This document shows positions 49,909 through 56,707 of a stretch of 56,707 bases of DNA, piece by piece. This DNA is from Chloroflexota bacterium (GTDB taxonomy: Bacteria; Chloroflexota; Dehalococcoidia; Dehalococcoidales; G020351185): NCBI GenBank assembly GCA_043819155.1, contig JBDRFC010000009.1, forward strand, positions 1 to 56,707, given 5' to 3'. The position numbers were made by a program, and so were the translations under genes. The notes under the pieces are model-generated. The model did no database searches. It worked only from the letters and a program-made list of their open reading frames with translations, and was not told the DNA's origin. The stretch's first letter is position 1; every line of letters begins with the position of its first letter.

Positions 49909-51195
49909 ATTTCAAGCCAGGATTACAGAAGATTACTTAAACGAGGAGTGGCTGAAGTTATAGCCGAAAAAGAGCTACTGGAGCTACTTTATTCGGGTAA
50001 AAAGCTGCGCCTTAAAGAAGGTTTTGACCCCAGTTTTCCCGATATCCACCTTGGTCATATGGTAGGTCTTAAAAAGCTGCGCCAGTTTCAGGAGCTTGGG
50101 CACCAGGTTGTTCTAATCGTCGGCGACTGGACTGCCCGCATCGGCGACCCCAGCGGCGCTTCCATAACCAGGCCTATGCTTACGGCAGAAGATGTTAAAG
50201 CCAACGCTCAAACCTATATGCAGCAATTTTTTAAGATTGTGGACAGGGATAGAACAGAGGTCAGATGGCAGAGCGAATGGTTCAATGAATTCACGCTCGC
50301 CGATGTCATAAATCTCACCAGCAGATTCACCATAGCCCAGCTGCTTGCCAGGGACGATTTCAGCAAGAGGTACAGCAACGGGCAGCCCATCTCTATGACC
50401 GAATTTCTCTATCCTCTTCTTCAGGCATATGACTCGGTGGCTGTTAAATCCGATGTAGAATTTGGTGGTACCGACCAGAAATTCAATCTCCTTGTGGGCA
50501 GGGAACTGCAATCATATGTAGGACAGAAACCACAGCAGGTCTTTATGGTACCCATCCTCACCGGTACCGACGGCATTCAGAAAATGAGTAAAAGCCTGGG
50601 CAATTATATCGGTATTACTGAACCGCCAGAGGAGATATTCGGCAAGGTAATGTCCATCCCGGATAGCCAGATTATGGACTACCTTGAGTTGCTGACCGAT
50701 ATACCGGATAAAGATCTTGCCGATTTCAGGCAGGCACTTGAGGGAAACACCGTTAATCCGATGGAACTTAAAAAACTGGCTGCCAGAGAGATTATAGTCC
50801 AGCTATATGACTTTAAATCGGCAACCAAAGCCGAGGAATATTTCGTTAAAACTGTTCAAAATAAAGAGATCCCAGATGAGATACGAAAAGTAAAGATAAC
50901 TCAAGAATTATTACAAAGAATAAAGGCTCGCTCATCTAAAGAAGAGGGATTATTAAGCAGCATTATAGATGTCGGCAAACCTGAAACTGAAGAATGGATT
51001 GTATCAGTTCCTTTACTATTATGTGAGATAGGTCTAGCAAAAAGTCGCAGTGATGCAAAACGTCTTATAGAACAAGAGTCTGTTCGTATAGATGGAAAGA
51101 CAGTCTATGAAGCAAGGGGTTTTATAAAGAGTGGTAGTATCATTCAAGTAGGCAAGCGTCACTTTGCTAAAGTCATAAATTCAGATATAATATAA
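49909..51195 (+). CDS. tyrS: Tyrosine--tRNA ligase (TyrS type 2, with S4-like C-terminal domain)
   Basis: HIGH-type motif (DIHLGH) and KMSKS. Colinear by eye with Thermus-type TyrRS, including the N-terminal LLKRG.EEI block, which lies upstream of the track's GTG at 49948. The start is therefore placed at ATT 49909, 6 nt after GGGGG (see findings). Confidence 0.9.
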   Translation: MSSQDYRRLLKRGVAEVIAEKELLELLYSGKKLRLKEGFDPSFPDIHLGHMVGLKKLRQFQELGHQVVLIVGDWTARIGDPSGASITRPMLTAEDVKANAQTYMQQFFKIVDRDRTEVRWQSEWFNEFTLADVINLTSRFTIAQLLARDDFSKRYSNGQPISMTEFLYPLLQAYDSVAVKSDVEFGGTDQKFNLLVGRELQSYVGQKPQQVFMVPILTGTDGIQKMSKSLGNYIGITEPPEEIFGKVMSIPDSQIMDYLELLTDIPDKDLADFRQALEGNTVNPMELKKLAAREIIVQLYDFKSATKAEEYFVKTVQNKEIPDEIRKVKITQELLQRIKARSSKEEGLLSSIIDVGKPETEEWIVSVPLLLCEIGLAKSRSDAKRLIEQESVRIDGKTVYEARGFIKSGSIIQVGKRHFAKVINSDII

Positions 51196-51216
51196 CGACT
51201 AAATTAGAGGAGCTTT

Positions 51217-52314
51217 ATGATGACTAATCTGCGTATTCCCGGACCAACCCCCTGCCCCGATGTTGTTCTAAAAGTAATGGGCCGACAGATGATAAACCAC
51301 CGCGGTCCCGAGTTTAAAAAGGTTCTTCTTGATGTTACCGATAAACTCAAGCAGGTCTTTAAAACGAAGAACGATGTTTTTGTACTTTCCGGTTCCGGGA
51401 CGGGTGGCCTGGAGGCGGCCGTAGTTAATAGTTTATCACCGGGCGATAAGGTGCTTTCGGTATCAATAGGTGTTTTCGGTGATAGATTTTCTGCTATCGC
51501 CAAGAAATTCGGGGCTGATGTTATTGACCTTAAGTATGAATGGGGTAAGGCGGCGGATGCAGATGAAATCAGAGAAGCTCTAAACAAAGAACCGACCATA
51601 AAAGCCGTACTGGTAACCCACAATGAAACCTCCACCGGCGTAACCAATGACCTTGCCAGTATCAGTTCAGTGGTTAAAGAAGCCGGCAAACTGCTGGTAG
51701 TTGACGCTATCAGCAGCCTGGGTTCAATAGAGTTACCAATAGATAAATGGCAGTGCGATGTCGTTGTTACCGGTTCCCAGAAAGGCTGGATGGTTCCCCC
51801 CGGCCTTACAATGGTTTCCGTCAGCCAGCAGGCATGGCAGGCAAACGCAGAGGCTACCATGCCAAGGTTTTACTGGGACTTCGCCAAAGCCAAAAACTAC
51901 CTGGAGAAGGGACAGACGCCGTGGACACCGGTTGTCTCTATTGTATTTGCACTTGATGTAGCTCTTGATATGATAATAGAGAAAGGTATAGATAATATAA
52001 TCGCCCGTCAGGCTCACATTGCCCGGATGACCCGTGAAGGAGTGAAAGCTCTGGGATTGCCTCTCTTTGCCGATGAGAAATACGCCTCCAATACCGTTAC
52101 ATCAATAGCCGCCCCGGATGGCCTTGATGTTATAAAAATGCTTAAAATCCTTAGGGAAGAACACGATACAGTTCTCGGTGGTGGACAACAGCATCTGGCG
52201 GGTAAAGTTTTCCGCATCGGTCATCTCGGCTGGGTAAGCGAAGAGGATATAAATATGGTTCTCAAGTCATTGATGATAGTATTACCGCAGGCTGGATTCG
52301 AGATAGGTAGCTAA
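51217..52314 (+). CDS. Class-V (AGXT/SerC-like) PLP aminotransferase, probably phosphoserine aminotransferase
   Basis: PLP-lysine motif TGSQKGW and a small-domain pattern typical of serine-pyruvate/phosphoserine aminotransferases. Its stop is immediately followed by the serA ATG. GAGGAG SD. Confidence 0.8.
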   Translation: MMTNLRIPGPTPCPDVVLKVMGRQMINHRGPEFKKVLLDVTDKLKQVFKTKNDVFVLSGSGTGGLEAAVVNSLSPGDKVLSVSIGVFGDRFSAIAKKFGADVIDLKYEWGKAADADEIREALNKEPTIKAVLVTHNETSTGVTNDLASISSVVKEAGKLLVVDAISSLGSIELPIDKWQCDVVVTGSQKGWMVPPGLTMVSVSQQAWQANAEATMPRFYWDFAKAKNYLEKGQTPWTPVVSIVFALDVALDMIIEKGIDNIIARQAHIARMTREGVKALGLPLFADEKYASNTVTSIAAPDGLDVIKMLKILREEHDTVLGGGQQHLAGKVFRIGHLGWVSEEDINMVLKSLMIVLPQAGFEIGS

Positions 52315-53889
52315 ATGAAGGTTCTCATTGCCGATAAAATCGCCCAGGAAGGTATAGACTTACTGAGCCGTTATGCTCAGGTAGATGTCAAAACAAAGCA
52401 GAAAGCGGAGCAAATCATTACCATAATCAGCGACTACGAAGCTATAATAGTCCGCAGCCAGACAAAGGTCACCGCCGATATTATAGAAGCCGGCAAAAAG
52501 CTGCAGGTTATCGGGCGGGCTGGTGTCGGCGTTGATAATATAGATATAAATGCCGCTACCAAACACGGCATTATTGTTGTCAATGCCCCAACCGGCAACA
52601 CAATATCAGCCGCGGAGCATTCTATCGCACTTATGCTGGCTCTGGCACGTAACATCCCTCAGGCTAATATATCTCTTAAATCCTGCCAGTGGCGTCGCTC
52701 GGATTTTATGGGCACCGAGGTTAAAGGGAAAACACTGGGTATTATCGGTCTGGGGAATGTCGGTTCAGAGGTAGCCAAACGCGCCCGTGGTCTTGATATG
52801 ATGCTTATCGGTCATGATCCTTTTATTACCGCCGAACGAGCTGCCAACCTTCAGGTTGAACTTGTTACCCTGGAACAACTTTTTAAGGATTCCGATTTCA
52901 TTACACTGCATATACCTCTCAGCGAAGCAACAAAGGGCTTCATAGGGACTAATGAATTAGCCATGATGAAACCAACGATGCGCATTATAAATACCGCCCG
53001 CGGCGGACTTATAGATGAAGAGGCACTTGTAAAGGCTGTTGAAGAGAAGAAAATAGCCGGAGCCGCTATTGATGTCTTCCCCAACGAACCCTGCACCGAA
53101 AGCATACTTTTTAAAAGCGACAATATAATCGTTACTCCTCACCTTGGCGCCTCAACAACCGAAGCCCAAACCCTGGCTGCCACCGAGATTGCCAAACAAA
53201 TCATTGATGTCTTCAATGGGCAGCCAGCCAGATATGCCGTTAACGCCCCGTTGATTTCCGCCGAAGCACTGCCGGTACTAATGCCATTCCTAAAGGTAGC
53301 CGGTACGATTGGCAATCTTGCCAGCTATCTTGGTGAGGGGCAGCTGAAAAGCATCCAGATAAATTACCAGGGCGAGATCGCCGGTTACGATACCAACGCC
53401 CTTAAAGCGGCTATTTTAGGAGGCCTGCTCAACCGCTTAACCGAGGAAAGAATTAATATAGTAAATGCCAACATGGTAGCTTCTAAGCGTGGCATAAAAG
53501 TTATTGAACAGAAGGAAGCTGCCTGTGGTAATTATGCCAACCTTATTACCCTTGAGGTTACCACCAGCACAGGTAAAATTACTGTTTCCGGCACGGTACT
53601 GGACGGTGAAACACGCATTGTCCAGGTCAATAACTACTGGATTAATATAGTACCCACCGGCGGCTACTTTCTATTCAGCGACCATCGTGACCGCCCCGGC
53701 CTTATCGGTGCCGTGGGTAAGATAACCGGTGACGCCGACATAAATATAAGCTATATGCACCTCAGCCGTCTCAAACCCAGAGGACAGGCTTTGATGATAC
53801 TGGCTCTTGATGAACCCCTTTCAGATGAGCAGATAAAAAAGATATTAGCCCTGCCTGATGTCAATACTGCTAAAGTCGTCAAGATTTAG
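52315..53889 (+). CDS. serA: D-3-phosphoglycerate dehydrogenase (long form with ASB and ACT domains)
   Basis: NAD motif GIIGLGNVGSEVA, catalytic R/E/H pattern (NTARGGLIDE, TPHLGAST), and a C-terminal ACT domain (DRPGLIGAVG). Confidence 0.95.
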   Translation: MKVLIADKIAQEGIDLLSRYAQVDVKTKQKAEQIITIISDYEAIIVRSQTKVTADIIEAGKKLQVIGRAGVGVDNIDINAATKHGIIVVNAPTGNTISAAEHSIALMLALARNIPQANISLKSCQWRRSDFMGTEVKGKTLGIIGLGNVGSEVAKRARGLDMMLIGHDPFITAERAANLQVELVTLEQLFKDSDFITLHIPLSEATKGFIGTNELAMMKPTMRIINTARGGLIDEEALVKAVEEKKIAGAAIDVFPNEPCTESILFKSDNIIVTPHLGASTTEAQTLAATEIAKQIIDVFNGQPARYAVNAPLISAEALPVLMPFLKVAGTIGNLASYLGEGQLKSIQINYQGEIAGYDTNALKAAILGGLLNRLTEERINIVNANMVASKRGIKVIEQKEAACGNYANLITLEVTTSTGKITVSGTVLDGETRIVQVNNYWINIVPTGGYFLFSDHRDRPGLIGAVGKITGDADINISYMHLSRLKPRGQALMILALDEPLSDEQIKKILALPDVNTAKVVKI

Positions 53890-53942
53890 ATCCGTTCTCT
53901 TCGAACTTTCACACCTTTATAATGCAAGAGGTATAACAAAAC

Positions 53943-54581
53943 ATGAAAATAGGAATATTAGCCCTTCAGGGCGATTTTATAGAACATACCTATATTATTG
54001 AAAAACTCGGCGCCCGTCTAATTCCGGTCCGTAAAGCTGAGCAGCTGGAAGGTTTGGATGGCCTTATTATCCCCGGCGGTGAAAGCACTACCATACTAAA
54101 TCTAATGCATAGCTATAACATGTTTCAGCCGATTAAGGAACTTGCTCATTCCAGTCTGCCTGTTATGGGTACCTGTGCCGGTATGGTGTTGCTGGCGAAG
54201 AGGGTATTCAATCCCGATATGAGCACCCTGGCGCTTATGGATATTGAGGTCAGACGCAACGCCTTCGGCAGGCAGGTTGATAGCTTTGAAACCGAAGTTA
54301 GCTTACCATTACTGGGGGATAAACCCTTCCCGGCTGTATTTATTCGCGCCCCTCTTATTGAAAACACCGGTCCTGATGTTGATATTATAGGCAGGTTACC
54401 AGATAATAAAATCGTAGCCGCCCGTCAGGGCAATATACTGGCGTTTTCATTTCACCCAGAGCTCAGCAATGATACCAGAATACACCGCTATTTCCTTGAA
54501 ATAGTAGCCGGTTTTAAATCGGGAGACAGGAAGGAAGCTATTATAAACCGGCTACACCAGCCGATTTATAATCAACCCTGA
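53943..54581 (+). CDS. pdxT: Pyridoxal 5'-phosphate synthase glutaminase subunit
   Basis: MKIGILALQGDF, GGESTT, catalytic GTCAGM and FHPE triad motifs. No pdxS in the window. Confidence 0.9.
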   Translation: MKIGILALQGDFIEHTYIIEKLGARLIPVRKAEQLEGLDGLIIPGGESTTILNLMHSYNMFQPIKELAHSSLPVMGTCAGMVLLAKRVFNPDMSTLALMDIEVRRNAFGRQVDSFETEVSLPLLGDKPFPAVFIRAPLIENTGPDVDIIGRLPDNKIVAARQGNILAFSFHPELSNDTRIHRYFLEIVAGFKSGDRKEAIINRLHQPIYNQP

Positions 54582-55859
54582 TGGCAGCTTCGGGTAGAAG
54601 TAGGTCGATTTCCGTGGCATACGGTCTCCAGCATCAGCAATCTCTTTTATGGTTTCTGCTTTTACCGGGCTTACAATAAACGCCAGCTGGTATTCCTTAT
54701 TTAAAACACCGTTAACAGCATCCCGGCGGTCATAATTATACGAAATCTTTATTTCATCCTCACTGCTCAATCCCAGAAGCTCCTCCAGTATGACATGGTC
54801 AACAATGCTGACATCCAGCCTTTTATATATCTCTGAATGAAAATAGGGTATCATCCTGTCGGCGGCAGCAATATCCCGCAACGTAAGCAACGATAAATTC
54901 TGCCTGTCAGGACCAAATAATATCATTTTTACCTTGCTTTTATCAGCCAATAGCCCATCAACCCTTTGCCATAAGTCCGGCATATCTAGTGACAGGCATT
55001 CTATATCAAAAAACGATTCCAGTTTATCACACAAACCAGCCAGCTTTGATTCCGGTAAGCCACGAAGCAGGCGGTGTGGCGGCAGGATAATAAGCCCGGG
55101 GTCATTAAATTCCACCAGCGTCATCATAACAAAATTAAAGGCTGCGTTTTCTCTGGCTGCCGAAGAGCCGGCAAGCATCTGGCGCTTGTAAACCAGGGCG
55201 CTTTCATAGCGATGATGACCATCTGCAATATATAATGCTTTATCTGCAAAATTATCGCATATCTCGCTAACAGCCTTCGGTTCATCAACCTGCCATACTT
55301 CGTGCCTTTCGCCGTTATCGTCTTTAGTGCTTATTAATATATTATCCGTTTTTTGCGATTCCAGTAGAGAGGCTAGACGCTTTTCCCTATCTTCATATAA
55401 TGACATAATGGAGCTTGTGTTTGCTTTTATTGTTTCCAGTAGATTTATACGATCGCTCTTGGCTTCTGCCAGCGTTCCCTCATGAGGGCGTATAATATTC
55501 TTGTGCCATTCTTCAATCTTTACCCTTACTATCAAGCCACGCCTTCTGTATTCTTTTCCTTGACTGTTAAAATAATGGTCGTAGACGTATATTGCCGGTA
55601 TTTTTGAGGTAATTAAAACCTTCTGTTCCAGCCATTGCTTCAGCTTATCCCCCGAACGGGTATATCTGTTATCTGTATCTGAATCCTGGGGTAACTTACG
55701 ATTATATTCTATGCGAACAAAATTATATTTGCTACGCTGATAAAGCTCTTCCTCCAGTTGTGGGTTTATTATGTCATATGGAGGGCATATTATATCGGAT
55801 AGGTTGCCAACCAGCGATTGGTTATAGTACACACCCCGAAAGGGTCTGATTTCAGCCAT
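54552..55859 (-). CDS. DUF1015 family protein
   Basis: N-terminal IRPFRGVYYN...CPPYDII and internal ADGHHRYESA motifs characteristic of DUF1015. Convergent 30-nt overlap with pdxT. Confidence 0.75.
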   Translation of the reverse strand: MAEIRPFRGVYYNQSLVGNLSDIICPPYDIINPQLEEELYQRSKYNFVRIEYNRKLPQDSDTDNRYTRSGDKLKQWLEQKVLITSKIPAIYVYDHYFNSQGKEYRRRGLIVRVKIEEWHKNIIRPHEGTLAEAKSDRINLLETIKANTSSIMSLYEDREKRLASLLESQKTDNILISTKDDNGERHEVWQVDEPKAVSEICDNFADKALYIADGHHRYESALVYKRQMLAGSSAARENAAFNFVMMTLVEFNDPGLIILPPHRLLRGLPESKLAGLCDKLESFFDIECLSLDMPDLWQRVDGLLADKSKVKMILFGPDRQNLSLLTLRDIAAADRMIPYFHSEIYKRLDVSIVDHVILEELLGLSSEDEIKISYNYDRRDAVNGVLNKEYQLAFIVSPVKAETIKEIADAGDRMPRKSTYFYPKLPSGLIINRLV

Positions 55860-55877
55860 ATTTATAAATCTCCAGTA

Positions 55878-56707
55878 TTAAGTATTTTGCGCTAAAAGTC
55901 TTATTAAATCGTCTTCGTTTATCTGTTCTATATTCAGTTCCAGGGCACGTTTTAGCTTTGAACCCGGCTCTGCGCCAACCACAAGATAGTCTGTTTTACG
56001 GGTAACATCACTCTTGGCACTGCCTCCCAGGGCTCTTATTTTTGCTTCTGCTTCCTGCCTGGTCAGGCTGTTTAAACTGCCTGTTATAACAAATTCCCTG
56101 CCTGCCAGCGGCAATCTTTCGGCTCCGCTCCCCATCGGTTCCGGAGTTACACCTGCCATCTTTAGTTTATCAATTATTTTTTTATTCTCTTCATTTTTAA
56201 AGAAGGCTATAACGCTATCGGCAATCCTAGGACCTATCGTGTCAATAGGCATAAGCTCCTCTTTGTTTGCACCAGCTAGCCTTTCAAGGCTTTTAAACTG
56301 TTTTGCCAGTAATTCCGCCGTTTCCCCACCGACATGTCTTATGCCCAGTGAGTATATAAATCTTGCCAATGGCCTGCCTTTGCTTTTTTCAATAGCCTCA
56401 AGGATATTATCTACACTCTTGTCCGCCATCCTTTCAACATTTATAATTTCATCCCTCTTATTCCTTAGGTAATACAGGTCTGCAAAATCAGTTACAAGAC
56501 CTTCATTTAAGAGTATTGCGCTCATCTTTTCGCCGATACCCCTGATATCCATAGCCCCCCTTGAAGCGAAATGTTCAATTCTTTGCTGTCTCTGCGCCGG
56601 GCAGGCGGCATTGGGGCAATAGTACATCACTTCACCTTCGGGTTTAAATATATCAAATTGGCATTGCGGGCATTTGCCTCTTGTTTTTTGCAGCAGACTG
56701 AATTCTT
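55878..56707 (-). CDS. ligA: NAD-dependent DNA ligase, 3' portion (gene continues beyond the window end)
   Basis: Zn-finger CPQC...EGEV.YYCPNAACPAQ, HhH repeats (IRGIGEK, IRHVGGE) and a C-terminal BRCT domain (FVITGSL...). The reading frame stays open to position 56707. Confidence 0.9.
   Translation of the reverse strand, partial: EFSLLQKTRGKCPQCQFDIFKPEGEVMYYCPNAACPAQRQQRIEHFASRGAMDIRGIGEKMSAILLNEGLVTDFADLYYLRNKRDEIINVERMADKSVDNILEAIEKSKGRPLARFIYSLGIRHVGGETAELLAKQFKSLERLAGANKEELMPIDTIGPRIADSVIAFFKNEENKKIIDKLKMAGVTPEPMGSGAERLPLAGREFVITGSLNSLTRQEAEAKIRALGGSAKSDVTRKTDYLVVGAEPGSKLKRALELNIEQINEDDLIRLLAQNT

Noticed and set aside
51204-51860. 218-aa minus-strand ORF antisense to the aminotransferase gene. 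Similar long antisense or shadow ORFs occur at 21664..22269, 22987..23478, 16052..16603, 3066..3623, 29894..30442, 49129..49623, 56014..56472, 40393..40785 and 35509..36296, and there are many shorter ones.
   Set aside because: Each lies entirely inside a gene with strong, continuous family-level homology on the other strand. Each has low-complexity, Ser/Leu/Pro/Arg-biased translations and no SD. This is typical of shadow frames.

Overview
Gene-dense core-chromosome window with no mobile elements, CRISPR arrays or rRNA. I infer an anaerobic Chloroflexota/Dehalococcoidia-like bacterium from three things: a stand-alone bacterial Elp3, a large acetyl-CoA synthase/Wood-Ljungdahl cluster, and corrinoid uptake behind a B12 riboswitch. 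This taxonomy was not verified by any search.

Gene order:
- 179-407: two tandem tRNA-Ser genes.
- 454-9759 (+): dprA, topA, xerC/D-type recombinase, M24 Xaa-Pro peptidase, efp, PHP phosphoesterase, PurN-like formyltransferase, HAD-like protein, PfkB kinase.
- 9754-13956 (-): small hypothetical, aspS, tig, clpP.
- 14226-28820 (+): Wood-Ljungdahl array cooC, fhs, RACo-type activator, cooC, folD, unannotated 55-aa sORF, acsD, acsA (CODH), acsB, acsC, acsE, DUF3786-like protein.
- 28844-30965 (-): a glmM fragment abutting an N-terminally truncated glmS, which looks like a deletion scar.
- 31106-31423 (+): trxA.
- 31440-34622 (-): btuF/C/D-like ABC importer behind a cobalamin riboswitch with an intrinsic terminator.
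- 34753-38502: small Cys protein, Elp3 (-) divergent from a Trm9-like methyltransferase (+), half-size permease, Zn-ribbon protein, unannotated 42-aa desulforedoxin, 4-OT tautomerase.
- 38508-48688 (-): rimI, queH, ruvB, rpoC, rpoB.
- 48959-54581 (+): ribF, tyrS, class-V aminotransferase, serA, pdxT.
- 54552-56707 (-): DUF1015 protein and the 3' part of ligA, which runs off the window.

Most interesting observations:
1. The Elp3/Trm9-like pair, with a possible Trm112-like Zn ribbon nearby.
2. The glmM'-'glmS junction.
3. The acs cluster architecture: no metF or fdh in the cluster, a conserved unknown at its 3' end, and a hidden sORF.
4. ruvB and tyrS, whose conserved N-termini lie upstream of any ATG/GTG/TTG, implying AUA/AUU-type initiation.
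5. An EF-P with an unusual Arg-tipped loop.

All homology statements come from reading the translated ORFs by eye. No database search was run.
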